Shown: positions 29,900-43,146, numbered from the stretch's first letter. The stretch is DNA of 64,000 bases from the human T2T-CHM13v2.0 reference genome, Homo sapiens (GCF_009914755.1 NC_060935.1); one strand, 5' to 3'. Made by a program: numbers and translations. Notes: generated by a model from the letters alone, not told the origin.

Positions 29900-30410
29900 A
29901 TTACATTTTTTAGACCTGACCAAAGGCTCAGTCACCCTGACACAGTCTCCAGTTCTACACCTCCTCCCAGCTTTTCAATGCAATTGATGTAGATATCTGC
30001 ATTATACAGCTTTCTCCTGGTGACCACCTCCCTATGGGACAGCTAGATATAGCATACTCGACTGGTCCTGCTGACCGTCACACCCCACATGGACCGTGCA
30101 GATATGCCACAATGACTGCCTCTCAGTCACATTGTGGCCTCCTGAAACTCAATGCCTTCTTGCTTTCAACCCGCCAATTAAAACTCCCTGCAGAAAACCT
30201 GCTTGGACAATGCTCTGGACTCCAATAAAGGAATTGGTCAAGGGTCCCTCTCTCTTTCCACACTTTCTCTAAACTTTCCGTGTGGTCTTTGGGCACACTG
30301 TGTACCAGTCCTACCAGGAACTATAAGTAAAAGAACTTTACTTTCATCTTGCATCTCTTATAATCATTGAAGGGGTTCCTCTCCATCTTCAAGATCATAA
30401 ATATAAAGAC
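29900..30410 (+). mobile_element. ERVL LTR, MER74/MER73/MER54 group
   Basis: gaccacctccctatgggacagctagat...tgcagatatgccac...ccaataaagg...cattgaaggggttcctctccatcttcaagatc. Confidence 0.72.
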
Positions 30411-30447
30411 TCCTTCTGCTTCTGATCTACTGCATTCAATGTGTTAT

Positions 30448-30918
30448 TGTGCTGGATATCTTCCATTGGCCTCTGCAGATTCACTCTCTTCCTGTCTCTG
30501 CCTTGCTCTGTGTCCCTAGAAGCTGGCCCCCTGTGAAGGGCACCAGTGGCCCTACATGCAGCCAATGCTGAGCCTCAGAAAGACATCAAAGACAGGGGAG
30601 AGAGAAGTTGGAGTAGTCATGCCCATCACTCCATCTCTACTACGACCCCGTAAGTTAGCTGTGAACCTTGAACAAACATCACAGACCTTGCCAGGCTTTC
30701 CACACTGCACTTTCTCACGAGATTCCAGTAGTTACTCTCTCTTCTTGCTATTTAAGCCCAGGGAAAGGAAATAGCTTCCCATTGTGTCAGTCTTGTTTAT
30801 TGTTTTTCTGCATTCTGCCCTCACCTTTTTAAATTGTGACTTTATTAAAATTCACCTCAAAATAACTAGTTTGAGTGTGTCCTCTATTTTCTATATTCTG
30901 GTTAATACTGTAACTGAA
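30448..30918 (+). mobile_element. ERVL LTR, LTR33-like
   Basis: tgtgctggatatcttccattggcctctgcagattcactctc start; ctttattaaaattcacctcaaaataactagtttgagtgtg end. Confidence 0.6.
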
Positions 30919-30999
30919 GCTATCTTTGTACATTTTGTTGAGTCCTCCCGCTTCTCTTCAATCTCAAAGCCTTTGCTTTGGATCTTCATCCTTTATTTC

Positions 31000-31640
31000 C
31001 TAGATTCTGCCTTTTTGACCAGCCTCTAATCCAGGCTCTGTATTCTAATTAGTGACACCTTCTAAAAAATAAATCTTATCAATTCACGAGATCATGATCA
31101 TGTTTAAAACCTCTCCTGACTGACTCCTCATTGCACCTTGTTAGTTCCGAACTCCTCAGGCTATCCTATGAGTTCCTTTGTCATCTGGACCATGTTCACT
31201 CATCTGACACATTGCTCAACATTCTTCCTCCCTACACCCTTGAACTCTATGTTTTATTCATGTTAGTTAGTAGCTCAGCAGGCCTCCATAATGCTTGACC
31301 CCCAAGCCCAGTCTGCTTTTGCACAATTCAGTTCCTTGGTTCAGTCAGTTTTCACACTCAACCTCAATTAGCTAATTCCTTCTCCCACTTCAGGATGGGC
31401 TTTAGCTTCATTGCCTCTGGGAAGCCTGCACTAAGACTGTCTCCCATCCTGGATTAGTGTCCTTTCTCTGTGGTCCCAGATGCACATCTTCGTCATAACA
31501 CTGATTACACTGCTTGCCCCCACTAGACAACAATTTCCCTTAAGGCAAAACCAAGCCTACTATCTCTGTATCCATAGTTCCAGAAAAGTACTTGATGTAA
31601 AATAAATTTAAATAAAAGTTTGTTGACTAAATTAAGTAAG
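31000..31640 (+). mobile_element. L2 3' portion
   Basis: aaatcttatcaa...tttaaaacctctc...ctctgggaagcct...aataaaagtttgttgact. Confidence 0.6.
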
Positions 31641-32395
31641 TACCCTGAACATTTCCCCCAGCAAAACACAAACCCTACAAAACATATTTTATTCCATATT
31701 CTCCTTATCAATGTGTCTTTGATACAGAAGTGTTTGTGATGTGCATGTTTACCTGAAATATGAGGTGATATTGATTTGTATGCATATTTATATTTCAGGC
31801 ATTCACATTCTGCCATGCTTTGGTAATAGTTGCATGATTCTCCCACTGGGAGGGCAGTTTCTATAATAGCAGTTAATGATTTCTTTTTATAGACTTTATA
31901 TTTTATTTGCTTTTTTTATTGTCAGAAATCAAATTAAGAAAGAGAATTCTTCTGAAATGAGAATTCTGGCCCTGAAAACTGTAAAACCAAAGGTAGGGAC
32001 TTATCTATCCCAATGAAACACGAGGTAAATTACCACCAAAGATTGCAAACTGCTTGACAAAATAAAAATTTCAATTCACTGACACAGAATAGGATGTAAA
32101 ATTGAAACAAAAATGATGTAGAGGGCAAGTCTCACAGAACCTAGGATCTTGAACTTTGTGAATTTAATTACTGAGATACTACAAAGAAATAACACCCTCA
32201 CCTACTACGGATACCAGTGTTACAGTTAATTATTTTTCCTTCTAACCTTTTTTCGTCCATGGGCAGATTCCACTGTTGTAGATTGCAGAAAGTAAGGTAT
32301 GGGATTTAGTTTTCTTTGTCTATAATAAAATACTACTTGTTATAGTATCTCTGACATATTCCCATTGCCCCTCTGTCATGGAAACCATAAACCTC

Positions 32396-32774
32396 TGATA
32401 GGGTTTGGCTCTGTGCCCCACCCAAATCTCATAATGAATTTTAATTCCCAATGTTGGGGAGGGACCTGATGGGAGGTGATTGGATCATGGGGGTGGATTT
32501 CCTCCTTGCTGTTCTTGTGATAATGAATGAGTTCTCACAAGATCTGATGGTTTAAAAGCGTGTGACACTTACCCCTTCACTCTCTCTCTCCTGCTGACCA
32601 TGAGAAGATGTGCTTGTTTCCTCTTTGCCTTCTGCCATGATTGTAAATTCCTGAAGCCTCCCAGCCATGCTTCCTGTACAGTCTGTAGAACCGTGAGCCA
32701 ATTAAACCTCTTTTCTTTATAAATTGCCTAGTCTCAGGTAGTTCTTTATAGCAATGTGAGACTGGAATAATACA
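32396..32774 (+). mobile_element. MSTA-like MaLR solo LTR
   Basis: tgatagggtttggctctgtg...gccatgcttcctgtacag...taataca; TSD acctc/aactc. Confidence 0.9.
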
Positions 32775-32807
32775 AACTCCTATTTCGTGGGAATGTATCT
32801 TCCCCAT

Positions 32808-33292
32808 TTGTCAGTTATCTACTTCTGCCTAACATACTCACACAACTAAGTGGCTTAAAACTACCATTTATTTCTGTCACAATTCTTTCCGTTTGTAAGT
32901 GGGTTAAGTTCAGCTGGGTGATTTTTGCCAGACTTCCCCATGTGATCTCTGATAAACTAGTAGGTCAGCCCCACTGGGACTTGTTAGATTATGATGGTCT
33001 CATCTGAGGCAGCTGAGATGACTGGGACCTCTCTCCACGTAGTGCCTCACCCTCCAGCAGACTGCCTGCTCTTATTCACTTGGATGTCATAACATTCCAA
33101 GAGCAGAAAGACAGGACAAGCTCCAGTGTGCAAGCACTTTTTAAGCCACAGGTTTGGTGTTTGCTACTTTTCCTAGAGCCAAAACAAGGCACATATCCAA
33201 ACGCAGAGTCAATGCAAAAGAAAACTAGCAAAAGTTACCAAAACAGGAAGGCATGAACAAATTGGGGCCTTTACTAAAATAATTGACCATAC
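32808..33292 (-). mobile_element. Old MLT1 (J/K/I-like) LTR
   Basis: tgtcagttatctacttctgcctaaca...aagtggcttaaaactaccatttatt. Confidence 0.6.
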
Positions 33293-33519
33293 CAATTTCA
33301 ATGGTATTCTTGCATACCTAGGACAAATTTTGATTTAAATTAAAACTGAGTTTGAATTCTGATTCACCACTTTCTGTCTACATATAGATATTCTACATAT
33401 TTCCACCTATGTAGTAGAAGCTCAGTTATGAGATACTCCTGGCTTCTCTCCACTCCTTTACTCACTCATCCCCCAGCAGAGTAGAAGTGATTTTTTTTTG
33501 TCTTAGAAATTTGCTGAAG

Positions 33520-33817
<298 letters not shown>

Positions 33818-33830
33818 CAAATTCTGGCCT

Positions 33831-34129
33831 GGCCAGGTGTGGTGGCTCAGGCCTCTAATCCCAGCACTTTGGGAGGCTGAGGCAGATAGATCACTTGAGG
33901 CCAGGAGTTCAAGACCAGCCTAGCCAACATGGCAAAACCCCATTTATACTAAAAATACAAAAAATTAGCCCAGCATGGAGGTACATACCTGTAGTCCCAG
34001 CTACTCAGAAGGCTGAGGTGGGAGGATCACCTGAGCCTGGGAAGTCCAGGCTGTAGTGAGCTGAGATCACACCAGTGCACTCACTCCAGCCTTGGTGACA
34101 GAGTGAAACTCTGTGTCAAGAAAAAAAAA
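33831..34129 (+). mobile_element. AluJ-like, in tandem with the previous Alu
   Basis: gggaggatcacctgagcctgggaagtccaggctgtagtgagc (J-type right arm). Confidence 0.88.
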
Positions 34130-34995
34130 CTGGTGAAGAATAAAGCAAGCATGCTCAGCTAGTTCTTCTCTTTTATCCCATTTGAAGTGGGTCTACCTAC
34201 AGAGAGCACACATTCTCCCTGCACCATAAAAGCTGCCTGTATTTGTTGAATTCATAGGTTCAGTAATAGAAAATCCATTTATCTGGACATAAAAGCCACA
34301 TTCCCTAATTCCTAGATTTTGCCAATAAAGAAATTTTAGGCCCCATTTACTTACTTTCCTGTCTTATTTCTCAACTGGTTCAGAAATCATTCAAAAAGGA
34401 CCCTACACCTTCCATTCTAATCCTCTCCAAGCACAAAAGAATACCAGCCCTTGAATGAGAAACTTCAGCTACGGAGCTAAAATAACAGTTCTCTTGACTT
34501 CAAAAAAAAAAAAAAAGGAAATTGATAAGAGGAGAACTCCTTGGAATGACCATAGAATAATGATAATAGAAACTCCATTACTGGCAGTGAGAAAGTTAAT
34601 GAGACAACGTCTTTGAGAAAGGTCTTCAAGCATAAGGAGAAAAGAACAAAACTCAAAGAGGTCTAATGCGATTATAGAACCCCGATAAAGATAATAAACC
34701 AGTGCACTGAGGTGGGAAAAAAGACAAACCCAAAAACTCAGTGATCGTGACTGAAACTATGTGTCAAAAGAATTGGAGTTGGAAACAAAGACAAAATTAA
34801 CAAGACTGTGCTGGCAGAACCCACATGTATACATGAAGAGAGTAGTAAACTAAAGAAAGAATAGTGACTTTTTTTTACTTAAGTTCGCATACTTTATAAT
34901 TAACCAGAATATAACCCTAACAGTCACATATAATTTGTTTCATTCTATATGTGAGAGAACAGTGATGGAAGAAAATTAAGGGACTTTCCCAAGGG

Positions 34996-35604
34996 TGCAA
35001 TAAAGAATTTAGTCTCACCTAAAATGAGATCTGGACTTTCTCCTGGCCTTCCAGAAGGTAAAGTATCTGTGTTTGCTTGGGGATCTTGAGCTAGTCCAAT
35101 AGTAACAATGTGATTTACAGTAGGTGCTTTGACTCACACCAATTATGTGATTTAGGGAGGGGGCTTTGGATCACAACTGGAGACTAGAAATTAAAATCAA
35201 CCTCATGGACAATCAATCAATCAAGCATGCCTATGTAATAGAAGTCCAATGTAAACACCAAGGTATGGGTGAGTTTCCCTGATTAGTAATACTCCATGAA
35301 TATTGTCACACATCAATCCCAGGAGAGTAACACAACCTGACTTCACAGGGAGAAGATGATAGAAGCCTCATGTTTGGAACCCTCCTAGTCTCTGCTCTAT
35401 CTAGCTCTTCCTTTGATGGATCTTAATCCCTTTAATAAATCATAATCATTGAGTATTATAGCAGCTTTCAATTAGCTCTAGCAATTATCTAACCTGAGGG
35501 TTGTTTTAGGAACTCCCACTTAAACTTACAGTTAGTGTCAGAAGTGAGAGCAATCTTGCGGAGCTATGTGCTCTCTAAATGTGTAGTTGGCCTCAACCTC
35601 TCAC
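34996..35604 (+). mobile_element. MER77/MER68-like ERVL solo LTR, probably inserted in a MIR
   Basis: aaagaatttagtctcacctaaaatgagatctggacttt...catgcctatgtaatagaagtcca...ttagtgtcagaagtgag; ccaagg near both ends. Confidence 0.7.
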
Positions 35605-36298
35605 GCCAAGGTAACCAAGTATGGCTCTGCAATTTGCATGCTGTACAACTCTAAGATGTACAACTTACACAGAGTACAACTAGTATCACCAAGTGAGATG
35701 GATGGAAATACTACTCAGTCAATCTTTTAAGTAATATATCTTCACTATTCTCACTAGAGTTGATAAAAGTAATGAAAAATTCAGTATTGTGTTGGCCATG
35801 TACAAAACTTATTGACAATAAGCACTAAGCCCAATGATATCCAAACCTATACAACCAAAACTTGGTACCACAAGATAAGTATCTTGGAGCAACTGTGCAA
35901 TACGTGACAATTTCTAGAGTTGTATGCATATCCATATGTAGCCAAAAAGTGGTGAATCAGAATTCAAACTCAGTTTTAATTTGGCATCAAAATTTGTCCC
36001 TAGAAACCAAGGCAGAAATAAGTTTATATAAAGGGATTAAGCAAAATAAAACAAACAGGTGAGAGGATAGTTAAGATTCAGACACTTGGAACTTTGTAGG
36101 GCTTACCTCTAAATATTAAAACATCCTATTTTTACCAATGGTGGAAAGGACTCTGTTCCCAAGAAGAAATAATGATCTACCATTAAGACTATGACTGGAA
36201 GTTTCTTGGGGCACCTGCGTTACTGCCTAAGCAAATGTCTGGAGTGTATCTACCACTGCACAGAAAAGTTAGTAAAAGCCAATATGCTAGGCATATAA

Positions 36299-36601
<303 letters not shown>

Positions 36602-38124
36602 AAAAGTAAAGTCTAATATGTTTAGTTATTGATACTTGGGGGAAGTTTAAAGTATTATTCAAAATAGAAGCATGGTCATGCTGCACAGAAAGTATCCATT
36701 TTAAATTCCAACATTAAGAAAAGAGTAGATTTCTCTGCCAAGAGGATCTTAAACGGCAGAAACGATCTGATTATTTGTTGTGTGTCCAACTTCTAGCATA
36801 GGAATAGGTCAAAGCACTCAATAAAAGACTGTCAGATTTTTAAAATTAATGAAAACAAGTGGGAAGGAATACTCTAAGCAGAGCCCTGCTGCCTGGACAA
36901 TTTTTCTTCTTTGTTCTCTACTTTTCACTGGCCAACTCTCTCTCAGTAGGGAAATGAATGGAATGGAATGGAAAGTAATAGTAATCTCTAATATTTATTC
37001 AGCTCTAGAAATACAGTCATTCTGGTTCTCTGTCTTCTTTAGTTTATATTACCAAGTGAAAAAGCTAGAAAATATGTAAAATAGACATCTTAGTGATGAG
37101 AATTTAGATCCTCATTATTTTCATTATAGATGATAATTTGGAAAAAAAGTGATTATGTGACACTGGCTAAAAACCACCTTAAACTGTTCAATATTAAAAT
37201 CCAATATTAGTTGTTCTGATTACATAATAATCTTATTGGTAATAAGCACTTGAATTAAATACAATCCAGAGCAAGGAAAAGCAAAACTTTGTGCCCCACG
37301 ATCAAGTCTCTTGATGCAGCCGTGCAAAACTTGACATTTAATTTAAAAAGCATGAAGGCATGATGGAAAAGCATCTCTATGTGGAGAGTGGAGAGCAGTG
37401 GCGCATTTTATTTGACATGGTGGATTTGCTTTCCTTTATTTTCATATTTTAATAAGTTCAACTCATGAAAGCATAATGAAAATAGAAAGATCAGCTATAA
37501 TCAGGATGCGTGGACATTTGGGGATCTTGATTTAAAAAGCAGTTGCCTTCCTAAGTCTTTCAACAAAATGTAAATTAAACAGATGAAATTGCCTAAAACA
37601 TCACTGATTCCCAAGGGAATGTAATCATGCTTAAATGCCAACACTAAATTAATCAGAGGAAAAGAATGTGGAGATGAGAAATTTCATTTTAAGCAGCTTC
37701 ATGTTTCATTAAAGTAAGTGGACATGGCAGGTCAGGTTAAGACTTTGCAAAGAATCATTTGAAAAGCAAAAGGCAAAGATTTCCATCTCAAAACTATGCA
37801 GCCACAAAGCCTATTCAAATAAAGCTGAATGGTAATTCATGTGCACACTATGCTCCATAGTTGATCATTTTCTTTTTCCTCAGTTCAGAATTCCGGAATA
37901 ATATGTATTAATATTTGTGTAACTATGTTCTTTTATCCCAAATAGCTTAGTTATAGTTTTATATACTGTACTTGCATTGTTTGTAAACAGTCATATTCTT
38001 CTATGTTAAACTGGTCCACAAAAATAAATTAAATTGCCAATTAAAACATGGTATGTATTTAACTTAGAATGAGCAGAGAAAAGGATGTGGACAGGATGGT
38101 GAATGGGCAAAAACTTTGTCAGAG

Positions 38125-38205
38125 TTCACTTATTTGTTCAACAAACGCTTTTTGACTGCCTGTTCTTTACCACACACTGTTTGAGATGCTTGGCATGTAG
38201 AGTAA

Positions 38206-38237
<32 letters not shown>

Positions 38238-38550
38238 ATATACACAAGGAGACAAAGATCCTCAGATTTTAAAAAGTAAGTTATGCGATATAGCAGAATA
38301 TAACAAATATAATGGAAAACATGTAGTAAAAAGGAAAAGAAGTACATGAGAGAAGGAGACAAGTTATAACATAAAAGAGGGCTAGGGGGCCTCATTATGA
38401 AGAGGACTTTAAAGAGGTGAGTTATCCATAGAGAAGACTGTGAAATCATTCAAGACAGAGGGAATAGTCAATTCAATGGCCCTCAGCCAGGGGCATGCTG
38501 TGTGGGTTTGAGAAGGCAAAGGGGGCGGCAATGTGTCTGAACACACTGGT
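38125..38550 (-). mobile_element. L2 fragment containing (CA)n (~38206-38245)
   Basis: ttcacttatttgttcaacaaacgctttttgactgcctg matches the antisense L2 tail. Confidence 0.65.
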
Positions 38551-38553
38551 TAA

Positions 38554-38960
38554 TGTGATGGCTAATACTGAGTGTCAACTTGATTGGATTGCAGGATACA
38601 AAGTATTGATCCTAGGTGTGTCAGTGAGGGTGTTGCCAAAGGAGATTAACATTTGAGTCGGTGGGCTGGGAAAGGCAGGCCCACCCTTAATCTGGGTGGG
38701 CACCATCTAATCAGCTGCCAGCTCAGCTAGAATATAAAGCAGGCAGAAAAACGTGACAAGACTAGACTGGCCTAGTCTCCCAGCCTACATCTTTCTCCTG
38801 TGCTGGATGCTTCCTGCCCTCGAACATCAGACTCCAAGTTCTTCAGTTGTGGGACTCAGACTGGCTCTCCTTGCTCCTCCTCAGCTTGCAGATGGCCTAT
38901 TCTGGGACCTTGTGATCATGTGAGTTAATACTTAATAACTGTCCTTTATATATATATACA
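38554..38960 (+). mobile_element. MLT2A (HERV-L) LTR, 3' terminus missing
   Basis: tgtgatggctaatactgagtgtcaacttgattggattg...gtgagttaatacttaataa; the terminal tcctatta...ccctctagagaaccct...aataca seen in the copy at 49273 is absent. Confidence 0.92.
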
Positions 38961-38999
38961 CATATATATATGACAGTTATATATATATTATATAACTGT

Positions 39000-39930
39000 A
39001 TATAGATGTGTATATATATGTTATATAGATACATAGATATGTATATATATGTTATATAGATACATAGATATGTATATATATGTTATATAGATACATAGAT
39101 ATGTATATATATGTTATATAGATACATAGATATGTATATATATGTTATATAGATACATAGATATGTATATATATGTTATATAGATACATAGATATGTATA
39201 TATATGTTATATAGATACATAGATATGTATATATGTTATATAGGTACATAGATATGTATAGGTATGTTATATAGGTACATAGATATGTATAGGTATGTTA
39301 TATAGGTACATAGATATGTATATGTATGTTATATAGGTACATAGATATGTATATGTATGTTATATAGGTACATAGATATGTATAGGTATGTTATATAGGT
39401 ACATAGATATGTATAGGTATGTTATATAGGTACATAGATATGTATAGGTATGTTATATAGGTACATAGATATGTATAGGTATGTTATATAGGTACATAGA
39501 TATGTATAGGTATGTTATATAGGTACATAGATATGTATATGTATGTTATATAGGTACATAGATATGTATATGTATGTTATATAGGTACATAGATATGTAT
39601 ATGTATGTTATATAGGTACATAGATATGTATATGTATGTTATATAGGTACATAGATATGTATATGTATGTTATATAGGTACATAGATATGTATATGTATG
39701 TTATATAGGTACATAGATATGTATATGTATGTTATATAGGTACATAGATATGTATATGTATGTTATATAGGTACATAGATATGTATATGTATGTTATATA
39801 GGTACATAGATATGTATATGTATGTTATATAGGTACATAGATATGTATATGTATGTTATATAGGTACATAGATATGTATATGTATGTTATATAGGTACAT
39901 AGATATGTATATATGTTATATAGAGATATG
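39000..39930. repeat. AT-rich minisatellite, 31-bp unit, ~30 copies
   Basis: Unit atgttatatag(a/g)tacatagatatgtata(t/g)(a/g)t; period 31 (e.g. 39791 to 39822). Confidence 0.95.
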
Positions 39931-40014
39931 TTATATATACATATATATGTTATATATTATATTTATAATATATATAACATATATAACATATGTAACTATA
40001 TATAGATATACATA

Positions 40015-40023
40015 TATATACAG

Positions 40024-40069
<46 letters not shown>

Positions 40070-40078
40070 CTGTATATA
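40015..40078. repeat. 64-bp perfect palindrome centred on (TA)20
   Basis: tatatacagtta-(ta)20-taactgtatata. Confidence 0.92.
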
Positions 40079-40099
40079 GATATATACAGATCTGGGGGA

Positions 40100-41620
40100 C
40101 TAAGACAGTTGTGGGGGTTCCTTGGGATCATCACCAGCTTTTGCCAACTATGCATCCCTGGATACAGCGAGATGGCCAGGCCACTCTATATTCTAATCAA
40201 GGAGACCCAGAGGGCAAATACTCATCTGGTAGAATGGGAACCAGAGGCAGAAACAGTCTTCAAAACCTTAAAGCAGGCCCTAGTACAAGCTCCAGCCTTA
40301 AGCCTTCCCACAGGACAAAACTTCTCTTTATATGCCACAGAGAAAGCGGGAACAGCTCTTGGAGTTCTTACTGAGACTCATGGGACAACCCTACAATGAG
40401 TGGCATACCTAAGTAAGGAAATTGATACAGTAGCGAAAGGCTGGCCTCACTGTTTACAGGTAGTTGCAGTGGTGGCCATCTTAGTATCCGAGGCTATCAA
40501 AATAATACAAGAAAAGGATCTCACTGTCTGGACTACTCATGATGTACAAATGTCATACTAGGTGCCAAAGGAAGTTTATGGCTATCAGACAGCTGCCTGC
40601 TTAAATACCAGGCGCTACTCCTTGAGGGACTGGTGCTTCAGATACACACGTGTGCAGCCCTCAACCCTGCCATTTTTCTCCCAGAGGATGGGGAACTAAT
40701 CGAGCATGACTGCCATCAAATTGTAGCCCAGATTTATGCTTCCCGAGAGGACCTCTTAGAAGTCCCCTTAGCTAATCCTGACCTTAACCTATAAACCGAG
40801 GGAAGTTCATTTGTGGAAAATGGGATGAGAAGGGCAGGTTATGCCATAGTTAGTGATGTGACAGTACTTGAAAGTAAGCCTCTTCCCCCAGGGACCAATG
40901 CCCAGTTAGCAGAACAAGTGGTGCTTACCCGAGCCTTAGAACTGGGAAAGGAAAAAAGAATAAATGTGTATACAGATAGCAAGTATGCTTATCTAATCCT
41001 ACATGCCCATGCTGCAATTTGGAAAGAAAGGGAGTTCCTAACCTCTGGGGGAACCCCGATTAAATACCACAAGGAAATCATAGAGTTATTGCATGCAGTG
41101 CAAAAACCCAAGGAGGTGGCAGTCTTACACTGCCGAAACCATCAAAAAGGTGAAGGAGAAAAGGCAGAAGGAAACCATCAGACAGACACTGAGGCCAAAA
41201 TTGCTGCCAGGTGGAACCTCCCATTAGAAATACCTATGGAAGGATACTTGGTATGGAACAACCCTCTCCAAGAGATTAAGCCCCACTATTCCCTGACCAA
41301 AACAGAATGGGGACTTTCATGGGGACATAGTTTTCTCCCCTCAGGGTGGTTAACGACAGAAGAGGGAAAGGTACTCATACCTGAAGCCAGCCAGTGGAAA
41401 ATAATTAAGACTCTTTACCAAACTTTTCATATGAGTATTGAGAACACTCATCAAATGACCAAATCCCTATTTACTGGGCCAAATCTCCTCTGGACCATCC
41501 AACAAGTTGTCAAAGCCTGTGAGATGTGCCAAAGGAATAATCCCTTGGTCCATCATAAGGCCCCTCTGGGGGAACAAAGAATAGGGCACTATCCCAGAGA
41601 GGACTAGCAGTTAGACTTCC
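40100..41620 (+). pseudogene. HERV9 pol remnant: RT thumb/connection, RNase H, integrase N-terminus
   Basis: GFLGI..FCQLCIPGYSEMARPLY..IKETQRANTHLVEWEPEAE; RNase H AQLAE, NVYTDSKYA, GNHQTD; integrase CEMCQRNNP; stops and frameshifts; longest open stretch 40813-41607. Confidence 0.95.
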
Positions 41621-43090
41621 TTCCCCATCTCTGATAGGTCCAAAAATACTCTAACAGGATGCACAATCCAGCTTTTACTCTCTTACGTTTCCAACCTCAC
41701 CTATTACATGAGCAATGAAAAGCCTATACATGGCCCTGTAACCAATACCATCTTAACTTTCCAAGCCCCTTTATGCATCCAACGCAACCTGTTATCAGGC
41801 CTGTCCCAGGGCACCTACTATCCCATCAGTGTAATTACACCCTGCAACTTCAAGCCCCAACTGATCATAGTGACTTCCGAATCACCCAAACAGCTCCGTT
41901 CAGATGGCTTGTCCGCTTCTCAGGGCCTCCAAAAATCATCAACTCCTCCCTGCTTAACAGTCTGGGTTTTGTAATGGAAAACATACTCCCTGCATGACCA
42001 TTCACCCCTGGACCGCCTGCAGCAGCGCCCCCACCAATGGTGAATGCCTTCTCATCCCCTCTTTCAATTATTCTCTTGAATGGTTCCTAGTAGATACAAA
42101 ACCGTTTTTTCTCCAACGGGAAAATAGAACACAGAGAGCCACTCAGTTTTCTCCCAACACCCCTTTCCAGCTGCTCACTGGAGCTACCTTGGCAAGTACT
42201 CTAGGAGTATGGGAAAATGAAAACAAACTCACACACCTTTTAATATACACAACCAGTTCTGTCTACCCAGCCAAGGCATATTCTTCTTATGTGGAACTTC
42301 AATGTGTATCTGCCTCCCCACCAACTGGACATGCACCTGCACCTTAGTCTTCTTAAGTCCCAACATTGACATTGCCCCAGGAAATCAGACCCTATCAGTG
42401 CCCCTCAAAGCTCAAGTCCATCAGCCCAGGACCATACAACTAATACCCCTACTTATAGGGTTAGGAATGGCCACTGCTACAGGAACTGGAATAGCAGGTT
42501 TGTCCACTTCACTATTCTACTACCACACACTCTCAAAGGATTTCTGTTTGTGAGAAATAACAAAATCTATCCTTACTCTACAATCCAAAATAGACTCTTT
42601 GGCAGCAGTGACTCTCCAAAACCACCGAGGCCTAGACTTCCTCACTGTTGAGAAAGGAGGACTTTGCACCTTCTTAAGGGAAGAGTGTTGTTTCTACACT
42701 AACCAGTCAGGGATAGTAGGAGATGCTGCCCGGCATTTACAGGAAAAGGCTTCTGAAATCAGACAACACCTTTCAAACTCTTATGCCAACCTCTAGAGTT
42801 GGGCGACATGACTTCTCCCCTTTCTATGTCCCGTGACAGCCATCTTGCTATTACTTACCTTCAGGCCCTGTATTTTTAACCTCCTTGTCAAATTTGTTTC
42901 CTCCAGGATCGAGGCCATCAAGCTACAGATGGTCTTACAAATGGAACCCCAAATGAGCTCAACTCACAACTTCTACCAAGGACCCCTGGACCAACCCGCT
43001 GACCCTTTGATGGGCCTAGAGAGTTCCCCTCTGGAGGACACTACAACTGCAGGGCCACTTCTTTGCCCCTATCCAGCAGGAAGTAGTTAG
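41621..43090 (+). pseudogene. HERV9 env remnant (partial SU and TM), frameshifted
   Basis: Fusion peptide IQLIPLLIGLGMATATGTGIAGL; ISD LQNHRGLDFLTVEKGGL; CX6CC CTFLREECC; tail RIEAIKLQMVLQMEPQM. Confidence 0.95.
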
Positions 43091-43146
43091 AGTGGTCATC
43101 ACCCAATTCCCAACAGCAGATGGAGTGTCCTGCTTAGAGGGGGAAT

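Noticed and set aside
39000-39930. 31-bp repeat array as CRISPR-like
   Set aside because: Units are head-to-tail with no unique spacers, so it is a minisatellite.
41708-43090. A functional captured env (syncytin-like gene)
   Set aside because: The 5' end and signal peptide are deleted, there are multiple frameshifts and stops, and the furin site is degraded.
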